Shown here one piece after another: positions 20,477 to 31,091 of a stretch of DNA of 64,000 nucleotides (its first letter is position 1; each line of letters opens with the position of its first letter). The stretch spans positions 288,293-352,292 of the forward strand of contig CAZWPK010000001.1 in assembly GCA_964635905.1 (NCBI GenBank), in the 5' to 3' direction. This DNA is from an uncultured Pseudomonadales bacterium (lineage in GTDB: Bacteria; Patescibacteriota; Microgenomatia; UBA1400; UBA12028). The notes under the pieces were generated by a model, which saw nothing but the letters and a program-made list of their open reading frames with translations, made no database searches and was not told the DNA's origin. The translations under genes were made by a program, and so were the position numbers.

Positions 20477-23143
20477 TTATTCCACCGGATCCGGATGGAC
20501 GGCAGTCACCGCATCCAATACTTCCTCTGTAGTTTTCTTGGTTGTTGCACAGGCAGTGATCTTATCTCCCTTTGCCATCCGCATCAAAATTACGCCCTGA
20601 GTTGGACGCTTTAAGATCGGAACATTCTTTAATGCGATCTTAATGACTTGTGCAGACTTCGTGGTCAACACTGCCTCATCAATCGTCTCATCGACGATTT
20701 TGGCGCAGGCAACATTACCCGTTTTGCTCACAATCTCACTGACCTTGACGCCCATACCGGAGCGCTTCTGTAACGGATACTCGTCTAATTCTGTTCGTTT
20801 ACCCATTCCATTTTCGGTGACAACTAAGAGATGTCTAAAGAGCTTGCGACGTTTATCCGCTGGCTGTTCGAGCTTTGGTGGGAAACTTTCGACCCCAACC
20901 ACATAATCTTCACCTTTGAGTTCAACGGCTTTTACTCCCTGGGTATCGCGCGCAGAGGACTTAACTTCTTTTTCGTGGAAGCGAATACTCTTTCCCTGTT
21001 GGGTAATGATCATGATGTGATCATCGCCGGAGGTTACACGTCCAAATACTAATTCGTCATTATCCTTGAGGAGGATGGCAATGATTCCTGAGGAACGAAT
21101 ATTGGCAAAGTCTGCTAATGGGGTCTTTTTGATTAATCCTCGAATGGTAGCTAGACAAATGAACTTTCCCTTAGGATCTTTCTCATTCATGGTCAAGATT
21201 GCTTGCAGATGTTCTTCTGCTTGCAGGTTCACTAAGTTCACAATCGCCTGACCTTTGGCAATTCGACTACTTTCTGGGAGTTCATAGACTTTGGTTTTGA
21301 ACACGCGACCTTTGTTGGTGAAGAGCAGTAGACTGTCATGGGTGTTACAGACTAATAGCTCTGATACAGCATCTTCATCTTTGGTGGTCATTCCAGAGAC
21401 TCCCTTGCCTCCGCGATGCTGGGAGCGATAGGCGGTCGGATTAAGTCGCTTGATATAACCGGTCTCCGTGACGGTAATAATGGTTTCTTCATTGGCAATT
21501 AAGTCTTCTTCGGTGATTTCTCCCAATTTTCCCTTGTGCAGTTTAGTGCGTCGTTCATCTCCGTGCAGCTCTATCATTTCTTTGGTTTCGGAGATAATCG
21601 TCTTTAAAATTTTCTTGGGATCATTTAAAAGTGCTAACAGTTCATCGATAAACGCCATGATCTGTTTGTATTCATCCTCAATTTTCTGTCGTTCCAAGGC
21701 AGCAAGTTTGCGAAGTTGCATGTCCAAGATGGCAACCGCCTGAATCTCTGAGAGTTTGAAGCGTTCCATCAATGCGGCTTTGGCAGTATCACTGTCTTTG
21801 GAAGCACGGATGGTCTTAATGACTTCATCGAGGTGGGAGAGTGCAATCAACAATCCTTCCAAGATATGGGCACGAGCGCGTGCGGCACGTAAATCAAATT
21901 GAGCCCGACGGACGACCACGACTTGGCGATGCGACACATATTCCATCAAAATGGTTTTGATGTTCATGAGTTGTGGAGTGCCTTCGGAGGAAAGAGCCAC
22001 AATATTCATTGGGAAGGTTGTTTGCAGTTCGGTCAACTTGAATAACTGGTTGAGAACCGACTTTGGACGTGCATCTTTTTTCAGATCAACCGCAATACGC
22101 ATTCCATCGCGATCGGATTCGTCCCGTAGGTCGGAGATTCCGACAATTTTTTTGTCGCGAGCAAGTTGGGCAATCTTGGCAACGAGTTTTGATTTATTCA
22201 CTTGATACGGGAGTTCCGTGATAATGATCTGAAACTTTCCTGACTTTGTTTCGACAATCTCGGCTTTTCCTCGAACTAAGATTCTGCCGCGCCCGGTAGC
22301 ATACGCTTCTTTAATTTCTTTAAAGTCATAAATCATTCCCGCTGTCGGGAAATCAGGGCCTTTGACAAATTCCATGATGTCGTCGAGGTTGGCTTCCGAA
22401 TCAAACTCGCCTGCAATGCGATCTGCAGAGTCAGTTTCAACGTTGAGCGGAGTCTCCCCTTCCCCAATTTTTGCCTGGGTCGCTTTCCCTAGTTCAATGA
22501 CTTTTAAGAGAGCATTACAGACCTCCGTCAAGTTATGGGGGGGAATCTTGGTCGCCATACCGACGGCAATTCCTTCGCTTCCCATGAGGAGGAGGTTAGG
22601 AAGTCGAGTTGGGAGAACGGTTGGTTCCTGGAGGGAGCCATCAAAGTTATCCGCAAAGCCAACTGTTTCTTTGTCAAGATCGGCTAAGAGTTCTTCCGTA
22701 ATCTTTGAGAGTCGTGCCTCGGTGTAACGCATGGCAGCTGCACTGTCACCATCGATAGAACCATAGTTACCTTGCCCATCCACGAGAGGATAGCGCATCG
22801 AGAAATCTTGCGCTAACCGGACCATCGCTTCATAGACGGGAGCATCACCATGGGGGTGATACTTTCCTAAGACTTCTCCAACGATACGTGCAGATTTCTT
22901 GTAGGGGGTATTCCAACGAATGCCCATTTCCTTCATCGCGTACAAGATACGGCGATGCACTGGCTTTAAGCCATCACGCACATCCGGAAGAGCACGAGCG
23001 ACAATCACACTCATGGCATAGTCTAAGTACGACTTTTGCATTTCATCGATAATGGATACCGGTCGGATCTTTCCGAATCGGCTATCGTAATCAGCCATTG
23101 ATTTTGGTGCGATCTCTTCTGATGTGATATTGGTGTCTGACAT
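20477..23143 (-). CDS. gyrA: DNA gyrase subunit A
   Basis: The N-terminus [40 protein letters not shown] contains the active-site Tyr region. GyrA-box-like C-terminal beta-pinwheel repeats follow. The length is 888 aa. Confidence 0.95.
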   Translation of the reverse strand: MSDTNITSEEIAPKSMADYDSRFGKIRPVSIIDEMQKSYLDYAMSVIVARALPDVRDGLKPVHRRILYAMKEMGIRWNTPYKKSARIVGEVLGKYHPHGDAPVYEAMVRLAQDFSMRYPLVDGQGNYGSIDGDSAAAMRYTEARLSKITEELLADLDKETVGFADNFDGSLQEPTVLPTRLPNLLLMGSEGIAVGMATKIPPHNLTEVCNALLKVIELGKATQAKIGEGETPLNVETDSADRIAGEFDSEANLDDIMEFVKGPDFPTAGMIYDFKEIKEAYATGRGRILVRGKAEIVETKSGKFQIIITELPYQVNKSKLVAKIAQLARDKKIVGISDLRDESDRDGMRIAVDLKKDARPKSVLNQLFKLTELQTTFPMNIVALSSEGTPQLMNIKTILMEYVSHRQVVVVRRAQFDLRAARARAHILEGLLIALSHLDEVIKTIRASKDSDTAKAALMERFKLSEIQAVAILDMQLRKLAALERQKIEDEYKQIMAFIDELLALLNDPKKILKTIISETKEMIELHGDERRTKLHKGKLGEITEEDLIANEETIITVTETGYIKRLNPTAYRSQHRGGKGVSGMTTKDEDAVSELLVCNTHDSLLLFTNKGRVFKTKVYELPESSRIAKGQAIVNLVNLQAEEHLQAILTMNEKDPKGKFICLATIRGLIKKTPLADFANIRSSGIIAILLKDNDELVFGRVTSGDDHIMIITQQGKSIRFHEKEVKSSARDTQGVKAVELKGEDYVVGVESFPPKLEQPADKRRKLFRHLLVVTENGMGKRTELDEYPLQKRSGMGVKVSEIVSKTGNVACAKIVDETIDEAVLTTKSAQVIKIALKNVPILKRPTQGVILMRMAKGDKITACATTKKTTEEVLDAVTAVHPDPVE

Positions 23144-23146
23144 ACT

Positions 23147-23551
23147 CTATCTTCTCCTCGCTGGATTGCGAAAGACTTTGAAATAAAAATGAATTCCGTT
23201 CTCAGTATATTCGTGGTCCCATTGTCCGAATATTTCAGTAAACAACTGACTTGCTATGAATTGCAACATTTTAGGATGTTGAGATGAAAACCTGTAAACA
23301 ACATCTTTGCCTAATAATTGTCCAGATTGAGCTCGAGCAACTAAGTAGTTAAACAACCGCTGGTAGACTTTTCTAGTCTCTTCAGGTCGCTTGTTTTCAG
23401 GTTCTACATTTTCAATATAATCCCAAACCAACTCATATCGTCCTTTAGCTAGACCTAGAGTCTTTTCGATCTCCCTAGATAACGGTTGAACACTCGAGAA
23501 TAAGTCAAGAATTTTTGAGCCTTCTTGAATGGAATGTACTTTCGGCTCCAT
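23147..23551 (-). CDS. hypothetical protein
   Basis: A 134-aa ORF between ppa and gyrA, probably co-transcribed with them. Confidence 0.4.
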   Translation of the reverse strand: MEPKVHSIQEGSKILDLFSSVQPLSREIEKTLGLAKGRYELVWDYIENVEPENKRPEETRKVYQRLFNYLVARAQSGQLLGKDVVYRFSSQHPKMLQFIASQLFTEIFGQWDHEYTENGIHFYFKVFRNPARRR

Positions 23552-23559
23552 AACAGTGC

Positions 23560-24120
23560 TTATTTTCCGTGATGTTCACAGGCGCATTCACAATCTCCAT
23601 CACCACAACCTCCATCTTCCGCACATTCATCATCAAACTTGGCCGCGGATTCCTCAATTTCTTTTTCTGCAGCTTTTCGATCTGCAAATTTATGGACCTT
23701 AATCCACTTGCCTGGCTCTAATTCTTTGTAGTGCTCAAAGAAGTGTTTGATGCGATCCAAAATGTGCTGAGGGACGTCCTTGAGATCCTCATACACTCCA
23801 TACACTGGATCAACTTTCTTGTCAGGGACTGCAATTAATTTGTGATCAATTCCTTCTTCATCTTCCATCTCCAGCATTCCAATCACATGACCTTTAATGC
23901 CACATCCAGGCACGAGTTTCTTACTAGATAACACTAAGACATCGACGGGATCCCCATCTTTTCCTTTGGTTCCAATGACATATCCGTAGTTTGCAGGATA
24001 CCCCATGGAGGTATACAGGAAACGGTCTGCCATGAGCATTCCTGTGTCTTCATCGACTTCATATTTAACATCACTTCCGTCTGGAATTTCGATAAAGAAC
24101 AATAGTTTTTTTAGATCCAT
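23560..24120 (-). CDS. ppa: inorganic pyrophosphatase (family I) with Cys/His-rich acidic C-terminal tail
   Basis: PPase core motifs are DGSDVKYEVDEDTG and GDPVDVLVL. There is an extra about 25-aa tail, DDECAEDGGCGDGDCECACEHHGK. Confidence 0.85.
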   Translation of the reverse strand: MDLKKLLFFIEIPDGSDVKYEVDEDTGMLMADRFLYTSMGYPANYGYVIGTKGKDGDPVDVLVLSSKKLVPGCGIKGHVIGMLEMEDEEGIDHKLIAVPDKKVDPVYGVYEDLKDVPQHILDRIKHFFEHYKELEPGKWIKVHKFADRKAAEKEIEESAAKFDDECAEDGGCGDGDCECACEHHGK

Positions 24121-24135
24121 AGAACTCCTTTTTGT

Positions 24136-27100
24136 TTAAATATCCAAGTTTGCTAACTTGGCATGTGTTTGAATAAATTTCTTTCGTGGTGGGACTTCAT
24201 CACCCATTAAAGTGGTAAAGACCACATCCACTTTTGCAGCATCTTCTAGAGTAATTTGCTTGAGCATCCGGGTTGCTGGATTCATGGTCGTTTCCCATAA
24301 CTGCTCCGGATTCATTTCTCCCAACCCTTTATACCGCTGAACATTGACGTTTAAATTCCCGGACTTTAACTCCGCAATGGCAACATCCCGTTCTTCTTCG
24401 GTAAAGGCATAGCGCACATCTTTTTTATTCCAGATCTTAAACAGCGGTGGCATGGCAATGTAGAGATAACCCTCTGCAACCAGCTGTGGAAGATGGCGAT
24501 AAAAGAAGGTCAGCCCTAAGGTGGTAATGTGTTCACCATCGACATCCGCATCGTTCATCAGAATAATGCGATGATAGCGTAACTTCTTAATATCAAAGGT
24601 ATCCCCTAGCCCAGTTCCCAGAGCAATGACTAAGTTTTTCAGTTCTTCAAAGTCCACGATCTTGTCCAATCTAGCGCGTTCGGTATTCAAAATCTTTCCT
24701 CGTAATGGGAAGATTGCCTGGAATTTTCGATCGCGGCCCTGTTTGGCACTGTTATGAACAAACACGCCACTGGCTAACGCAAAGTTGTGGGTCGAGGGAA
24801 CTTCTGCATCATAGACATCCATCCGCTCGGTTACCGATTCGATCTTGGTAATGCGGTGATTAAAGTAGGCAACGGTTTCTAGAGCACGACCTTGATCCCC
24901 GTTAAAATAACGCTCACAAAAACGATCATATCGAAGTAGAGAGCGATCTTTTGTTTCTTCTCGTTTTGCTTGGTAGACAGAAAGATTAATCTCACCGAGG
25001 CTTAATTGAATATCTTTGAGGGCTTTAAGGGTTTTAAGATAATAGGTCTTGTCTAACGCATTTTTGCGAATCGAACGGAATGCATCCGTCCATTGCTCTG
25101 CCGTTTTCTGTTTTCTCCACTGCACTAGAGATATGTTTTCCCACTGTTTCTTAGCCCGGTCAGAATATTCTTTTTTTAGTCCAACATGTGTTTGGAAATA
25201 GGTTGCCACGCGCTTTGCCTGTATCTGACGGTGCTCCGGTGTACTCCAATATTTTATGGATTCCGCGCTCAGACGGGATTTTACTTCCTCCTGGTAGGAA
25301 CGATTCGAGGAATAAAATCGCTTCCACGCATCTGCCATAAACTGTTTGTAGTCTTCGTCAGACCATTGTTTTTTTGCATTGACAGAAAGAAGTTGCGAAG
25401 TCGCTGGTTGTCTCATGCGATTACTCAGGGTCGCTCGATATTGCAAGCTTTGATGGACGCGTCGACTCTTTTCAATCACTTCAGGTCGGTGCAATGTTTT
25501 ATGCACCTGCTCTGTGTGGAGTGCTAAGTGAAGCTCTTTGGGCATTCGCAATAAATTGTCAGGATTGTTGTTTAACTTATTAAAGTCGACATGATGGCAG
25601 TGCGCACCAGAATCTTTCGTGTAGTTTCTTTTCCATCGGTTGTACCAATCGGAGAGTAAGTGGGTAAAAACCCAGGTGTCTGATTTTGGATCCCAGGCCA
25701 TTTCGTAACCATCAATGGTGATTCCTTTTTCAGCCGTGGATGAATGCTTTCGATACAAAGGCATGAGCGAATCAGAGACTAGGAGCTGGTCTGCTCGCTT
25801 GTATTCTCCGGATCTGGTCATGAATAAATGATCGGGTGTACAGGTGATCTGCACTCCATTGTCTAACTGAAGCTTAATCACGTTGGCATTCTGCTTCGTG
25901 ATTCTGGCGTTGATAAATTGTTCCACCCCAATCTGTCCATTTTTTCGAATGGTATAACAGAAGTGCGTTTTTCCTGCTTGTTGCTCGGCCACAATTTCTT
26001 GGAAACTTAAATTCCTGCCATCCACCAACGCAACTTTGGTGTCTCCAGCAAAACAGCCGCCTGCGGAGTCGCCCTCGACCATATAGAGTTCGCACTCGGC
26101 AGCGTCGGAGGACTGACAGTCAGCTAGTTTCCCTGGCAAACTGGAACCTTCAAAGACGCCTTTTCGAATGACGGCTTCTTTGGCAGCTCGGGCGGCCATA
26201 CGGGCACGGGCAGCCAACATTACTTTATCGACAATGGTGCGTGCTTCCTTGGGATGTTCTTCAAAGTATTGATCAAGACCTGTTTTGACGATTTGATACA
26301 CGGCCGACTGCACCTCGGCGTTGTTGAGTTTGGTTTTCGTCTGGCTTTCAAACTGAATATCATTGGATGGCATCTTCACAAAGATGACAGCGGTCATTCC
26401 TTCACGTAAGTCTTCTGACGTGAACATGTCTTTCTCATTTTTGACGAGCTGATTACGCACGACATAATCCTTTAAGGACTTATTGAGAGCCGTACGAAAT
26501 CCCGTCAAATGAGTACCGCCATCGGGTGTTTTAATGGTATTGGCAAAACTTTCAATTGTTTCAGAATAGGAATCGTTAAATTGCAGAGCAATATCGGCAA
26601 ACACCTTAAACTTGGTTGCATCGTATTCCCCTTCCATCGAGACAACGGGGTGTAAGGGCTTCTTGGTGTGATTTAAATGCGCAACTAAGGATCGGATTCC
26701 CCCTTCAAAGTAGAAATGTTGCTCGGTTTGTTTTCCCTCATCAAAGAGCTTGAAGTACAGGCCTGCCATCAGGTATGCTCGTTCGCGTAAGAAGTCCTTG
26801 ATCGTGTTGACGTTAAACACGACAGTCGAGAAAATTGACGCATCCGGTTGGAAGTTGGAGAGAGTTCCACTTTCATAGGAGATAAAGGTCTTGGCTTGGA
26901 GTGGAAAGTACTCTAAGACCTTTTTCTCGGAGATTTCTTTGACAGGTTCTCTGGGAGTTCCAATCGTATATTCTTGGAAAAAGTACTTCTTGTTGCGTTT
27001 TACCACCACGCGCATATCGGTAGAGAGCGCGTTCACTGCGGAAGCACCGACGCCATGCAGTCCTCCGGAGGCTTGATAGGCCATTTCATCGAACTTCCCT

Positions 27101-27399
27101 CCGGCGTGGAGCTTGGTCATGGCAATTTCGAGAGCACTGACCCCCGATGGATGCATGTCAGTTGGAATTCCCCGACCATTATCGACCACGGTGGCATACC
27201 CATCGGCGGTCAAAAAGACCGAGATTTCCTTGGCATAGCCAACGATGGCTTCGTCCACGGAGTTGTCGACGATTTCTTTGACGAGGTGGTGTAATCCAGT
27301 CGCATCTGTCGACCCAATGTACATACCGGGACGCTTACGCACCGGTTCCAAACCTTCAAGGACGCGGATATCTGCTGCGGAATAATCTTGCTTTGCCAT
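24136..27399 (-). CDS. gyrB: DNA gyrase subunit B, intein-containing precursor
   Basis: The N-terminal ATPase domain begins RVLEGLEPVRKRPGMYIGST. The Toprim motif EGDSAGG is interrupted after residue 448 by a 435-aa insertion. The two exteins together are 652 aa, the normal GyrB size. Confidence 0.95.
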   Translation of the reverse strand: MAKQDYSAADIRVLEGLEPVRKRPGMYIGSTDATGLHHLVKEIVDNSVDEAIVGYAKEISVFLTADGYATVVDNGRGIPTDMHPSGVSALEIAMTKLHAGGKFDEMAYQASGGLHGVGASAVNALSTDMRVVVKRNKKYFFQEYTIGTPREPVKEISEKKVLEYFPLQAKTFISYESGTLSNFQPDASIFSTVVFNVNTIKDFLRERAYLMAGLYFKLFDEGKQTEQHFYFEGGIRSLVAHLNHTKKPLHPVVSMEGEYDATKFKVFADIALQFNDSYSETIESFANTIKTPDGGTHLTGFRTALNKSLKDYVVRNQLVKNEKDMFTSEDLREGMTAVIFVKMPSNDIQFESQTKTKLNNAEVQSAVYQIVKTGLDQYFEEHPKEARTIVDKVMLAARARMAARAAKEAVIRKGVFEGSSLPGKLADCQSSDAAECELYMVEGDSAGGCFAGDTKVALVDGRNLSFQEIVAEQQAGKTHFCYTIRKNGQIGVEQFINARITKQNANVIKLQLDNGVQITCTPDHLFMTRSGEYKRADQLLVSDSLMPLYRKHSSTAEKGITIDGYEMAWDPKSDTWVFTHLLSDWYNRWKRNYTKDSGAHCHHVDFNKLNNNPDNLLRMPKELHLALHTEQVHKTLHRPEVIEKSRRVHQSLQYRATLSNRMRQPATSQLLSVNAKKQWSDEDYKQFMADAWKRFYSSNRSYQEEVKSRLSAESIKYWSTPEHRQIQAKRVATYFQTHVGLKKEYSDRAKKQWENISLVQWRKQKTAEQWTDAFRSIRKNALDKTYYLKTLKALKDIQLSLGEINLSVYQAKREETKDRSLLRYDRFCERYFNGDQGRALETVAYFNHRITKIESVTERMDVYDAEVPSTHNFALASGVFVHNSAKQGRDRKFQAIFPLRGKILNTERARLDKIVDFEELKNLVIALGTGLGDTFDIKKLRYHRIILMNDADVDGEHITTLGLTFFYRHLPQLVAEGYLYIAMPPLFKIWNKKDVRYAFTEEERDVAIAELKSGNLNVNVQRYKGLGEMNPEQLWETTMNPATRMLKQITLEDAAKVDVVFTTLMGDEVPPRKKFIQTHAKLANLDI
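24751..26055 (-). mobile_element. intein (HNH homing-endonuclease type) within gyrB
   Basis: The insertion starts with Cys (block A CFAGDTKVALVDG). Block B TxxH is ITCTPDH. Blocks F/G are VYDAEVPSTHNFALASGVFVHN followed by Ser+1. The central region carries an HNH motif (HCHHVDFNKLNNNPDNLLRMPKELHLALH). Confidence 0.8.
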
Positions 27400-27513
27400 A
27401 CGAGGAAACTTTCTATCAATTTTATGCCTACCTTGTCAACTGGATCGTGTTTACCTGTCCTTCGTGTCGGGCGTTTAGACGACGTAAAAACGGCTTCTTT
27501 GAACAAGCAATGA

Positions 27514-28173
27514 TCATACCATAGAAGTATGTCGCAGTGTAAAAAAGAGGCACTCCAACGCGAGCTTGGTGTTCACATTCTTCTCAAGAAGATTGAGGGT
27601 TTTAATGACTTCTTGCAGGACTTTTGGCGGGTACACCTGTGCCTGATGGACGAATTCATATAGCTCGTATACGGCGCAAATTGCCGTTTCTTTGCTACTT
27701 CCTATCGTTCCTGCAATCGTAATGCACTCCGAAATCGTACAGCGCCCAGAGAGGAGTGATTCCCAACTGGGTTGGTTAGGGAATGCAGTGGCGGTTTCAA
27801 ACTTGACTGGAATGCGCTGACACCGCGACAGAATCGTCGGCAACAACTTCGTTGGGTACGCAGTGGCAAGAATGAGCTGGGTTCGTTCTGGAGGCTCTTC
27901 TAAGGTTTTAAGCAGGGCTTGTTGTGCGGGTAGCGTCAGTTGGTGCGCTGGAGCAATAAGGATGAGGCGTGCTTTTGGTGTGGAGGGTTTTACTGCCAAG
28001 AGACTTGCCAACTGATGAACTTGATCAATAGAGATAGAAGATTTGTCTTCTAGCGGTGCGATCGTGTGAAAATCAGGATGGGCGACGAGTCGATCAATTT
28101 TTGTCAGTGATTCTAACAGCGAAAGCGATGGGTTGTTTGTCTCAACAATGAGTGCCGTTAAAAAGGATTCCAT
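27514..28173 (-). CDS. holB: DNA polymerase III delta' subunit-like clamp-loader protein
   Basis: It has the sensor motifs LLKTLEEPP and TILSRCQ (SRC) but no Walker A, as expected for delta-prime. The length is 219 aa. Confidence 0.6.
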   Translation of the reverse strand: MESFLTALIVETNNPSLSLLESLTKIDRLVAHPDFHTIAPLEDKSSISIDQVHQLASLLAVKPSTPKARLILIAPAHQLTLPAQQALLKTLEEPPERTQLILATAYPTKLLPTILSRCQRIPVKFETATAFPNQPSWESLLSGRCTISECITIAGTIGSSKETAICAVYELYEFVHQAQVYPPKVLQEVIKTLNLLEKNVNTKLALECLFFTLRHTSMV

Positions 28174-28215
28174 AAAATTGTGATTGATCCGATCGACTAA
28201 TCCTACTATGCTTAA

Positions 28216-30015
28216 TTGGAAACTATGTCGGATGCTTCTGCCAATCCCCTATCTACTGGTGACGGTGTTCCCACCTTCACAACCGCATCGGTTGCAGAGG
28301 TGTTGTTGTCGGCTGGCAAACTTACGCAACAGCAATATGATGACCTCTCTCTCGAGCATATTAACACAAACAAGAGCGTTGAAGCATTGATTGAAGAAAA
28401 GAACATCGTCTCCGAAGAAGAACTCACCGAGGCTAAGTCAAAAGCCTATCACACCCCCTATATTAAGCTATCCGAAACTGGAGTCTCACCCCAAGCACTT
28501 TCACAAGTGCCGGAAAGTGTTGCCCGTCGCTATCGATTAATTCCCTTCGCGTTAAATGATGAAGATGGCTCGATCTCAATAGCCATGATCAATCCGCTAG
28601 ATTTGTTAGCGGTTGATTTCGTCCAAAAGAAAACGGGGAAGAAAATAAAACTCTTCATCGGCTCTCCCTATGAGATCAATCGTGCGATTAATGAGCGGTA
28701 TGCCCAAAGCTTATCGACTGAAGTTGATCAGGCTCTCAAAGAGAATGATGACAGTTCGACCGTTGTTGCCAGTGGACCGGTCATTGATATCAATCAAGTC
28801 TCCAATCATGAGATTATTCGTGAGGCTCCCATTGCGAAAATTGTGGAAACGATTTTGGCGTTTGCCATCAAAGCCAAGGCCTCTGACGTTCATATTGAAC
28901 CCCATGAACATCGCACTCGTGTTCGTTATCGGCTCGATGGAATTTTAAATGAAAAACTCGTGTTACCTAAAAGTGTTCATCCAGCCTTGGTGTCACGTAT
29001 TAAAATCCTGGCAGATTTAAAAATCGATGAGAAACGCATCCCCCAAGATGGACGGTTTAACTTCCGCACGCAAAACGAAGAGGTAGACTTGCGTGTCTCC
29101 ACGTTACCCACCGTGCATGGTGAAAAGATCGTGATGCGGTTATTAAAAAAATCTGGTGCTATCCCCACCCTTCAAGAATTAGGCATGCGTGGAAGTGCTC
29201 TCACTAGAATTCAACAATCAATCACAGTTCCGCATGGAATTATTTTGGTGACCGGACCTACTGGGTCTGGAAAAACCACCACCCTCTATTCTGTCTTGCA
29301 TGATCTTAATACCCCCAAAGTCAACATCATGACACTCGAAGATCCAGTCGAATATCAAATCGAAGGGGTGAATCAGGTTCAAATTAATCCACAAGCTGGA
29401 TTGACCTTTGCCTCGGGGTTACGCTCGTTTCTTCGACAAGATCCCAACATCATCATGGTGGGAGAAATCCGGGATACGGAAACGGCAGAGCTGGCCATCC
29501 AAGCCTCACTGACGGGACACTTAGTTTTTTCAACCTTACACACCAACTCTGCCTCGGGTGCCCTACCTCGCCTACTGGACATGGGATGTGAACCATTTTT
29601 GTTGGCGTCGTCCATTACCCTTGTTATGGCACAGCGTGTGTTACGAAAAATTTCCACAGAGCGCGAAGAATATACCCCACCGGCGGAAGTCGAGCGCGAT
29701 ATCCGTGAGGTCTTAGGTCCGCTCTATGATGGTTGGGCAAAGTCAAAAGGCATGGAAGGAAAACCACTCAAATTGTGGCGCGGAGTGAAGAGTAAGAGTA
29801 ATAATGATACGGGGTATGAAGGTCGAGTCGCGATTTTTGAAGTACTCCAAATGAATGATAAAGTGGCACGCCTGGTCCTGGAACATCGGCCAGCAGCCGA
29901 AATCGAAAAGCAAGCACAAGACGATGGCATGCTCCTCATGAAACAGGACGGCTACTTGAAAGTCTTAGAAGGTGTCACCACAATAGAAGAAGTATTGCGT
30001 GTGGCACAAATCTAA
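28216..30015 (+). CDS. pilB: type IV pilus assembly ATPase PilB (GspE family)
   Basis: An N-terminal GSPII_E_N-like domain is present. Walker A is LVTGPTGSGKTTTL, plus Asp and His boxes and a tetracysteine-less C-terminal domain. The length is 599 aa. Confidence 0.9.
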   Translation: METMSDASANPLSTGDGVPTFTTASVAEVLLSAGKLTQQQYDDLSLEHINTNKSVEALIEEKNIVSEEELTEAKSKAYHTPYIKLSETGVSPQALSQVPESVARRYRLIPFALNDEDGSISIAMINPLDLLAVDFVQKKTGKKIKLFIGSPYEINRAINERYAQSLSTEVDQALKENDDSSTVVASGPVIDINQVSNHEIIREAPIAKIVETILAFAIKAKASDVHIEPHEHRTRVRYRLDGILNEKLVLPKSVHPALVSRIKILADLKIDEKRIPQDGRFNFRTQNEEVDLRVSTLPTVHGEKIVMRLLKKSGAIPTLQELGMRGSALTRIQQSITVPHGIILVTGPTGSGKTTTLYSVLHDLNTPKVNIMTLEDPVEYQIEGVNQVQINPQAGLTFASGLRSFLRQDPNIIMVGEIRDTETAELAIQASLTGHLVFSTLHTNSASGALPRLLDMGCEPFLLASSITLVMAQRVLRKISTEREEYTPPAEVERDIREVLGPLYDGWAKSKGMEGKPLKLWRGVKSKSNNDTGYEGRVAIFEVLQMNDKVARLVLEHRPAAEIEKQAQDDGMLLMKQDGYLKVLEGVTTIEEVLRVAQI

Positions 30016-30028
30016 AAAAAGGTAACGT

Positions 30029-31084
30029 ATGACAATGGAAGACATGCTCTCCCTCTGTATTAAGCAGAATGCATCGGATCTGCACTTAATGGTGGGAGCT
30101 CCTCCTACGCTGCGTTTAAATGGTGAGCTTGTTCCTATCGCTGGACTTGCTCCCCTCACCCCCCAAGTGTCCCAAGAAATTATTTTGTCCATTCTCTCCC
30201 AGGAACTCAAAGATCAGCTCCTAGTGAACAAAGAAGTTGATTTTTCCTTTCAGCATAAAGATTCGGCGCGTTTCCGGGTGAACGCCTACTACCATAAGGG
30301 AACTGTTGCAGCCGCCCTTCGTTTGATCCCAACCAAGATTAAAACCATCGAAGAATTGCATTTGCCCTCCAGCTTGCATCAATTCACGACCCTCAAACAA
30401 GGATTCATTCTCGTCACCGGTCCTACCGGTCAAGGAAAGTCATCAACCCTAGCGGCGATCATTGATGAAATCAATCAGACCCGTGCGGAACACATTCTCA
30501 CGATCGAAGATCCCATCGAATTCCTCTACACGCCGGCTCAAAGTATTATCTCCCAACGCGAGCTCCACGCCGACACCCATTCTTGGGAAGTCGCACTCAA
30601 ATCTGCCCTGCGTGAAGATCCCAATATCGTGTTGGTGGGTGAAATGCGTGATTATGAAACCATTGCGGCTGCTCTGACCGTGGCGGAAACCGGACACTTA
30701 GTTTTTGCCACCTTGCACACCAACTCTGCGTCGCAAACAATCGACCGTATCATTGATGTGTTCCCGGAACATCAACAAGGACAGGTTCGCATGCAGCTGG
30801 CAAACACCTTGCAAGCTGTGGTTTCCCAGCGCTTGATTACGAACTTAAAAGGAGAACTCAGTGTCGCGGTTGAAATGCTGCTGGCCACAAGCGCGGTACG
30901 TAATATTGTTCGTGAAGGGAAAACCTTCCAACTCGATAACGTCATTTCCACTTCGGCGGAGATGGGTATGATTTCGCTGGAAGTGAGTTTGGCAAAATTG
31001 GTCAACTCTGGTGAAATTTCGTTTGAAAAAGCGATGGAAGTAGCCACTTGGCCCGACCAATTAGCGCGACTAGTGAAACGTTAA
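30029..31084 (+). CDS. pilT: twitching-motility retraction ATPase PilT
   Basis: About 350 aa with Walker A ILVTGPTGQGKSST and the PilT-type AIRNLIRE-like region (AVRNIVREGK). Confidence 0.9.
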   Translation: MTMEDMLSLCIKQNASDLHLMVGAPPTLRLNGELVPIAGLAPLTPQVSQEIILSILSQELKDQLLVNKEVDFSFQHKDSARFRVNAYYHKGTVAAALRLIPTKIKTIEELHLPSSLHQFTTLKQGFILVTGPTGQGKSSTLAAIIDEINQTRAEHILTIEDPIEFLYTPAQSIISQRELHADTHSWEVALKSALREDPNIVLVGEMRDYETIAAALTVAETGHLVFATLHTNSASQTIDRIIDVFPEHQQGQVRMQLANTLQAVVSQRLITNLKGELSVAVEMLLATSAVRNIVREGKTFQLDNVISTSAEMGMISLEVSLAKLVNSGEISFEKAMEVATWPDQLARLVKR

Positions 31085-31091
31085 AACGCGT

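Noticed and set aside
25186-25527. 113-aa plus-strand ORF inside the gyrB intein
   Set aside because: It is antisense to the intein/HNH coding frame, which has intact splicing blocks. A homing endonuclease encoded on the opposite strand is not supported.
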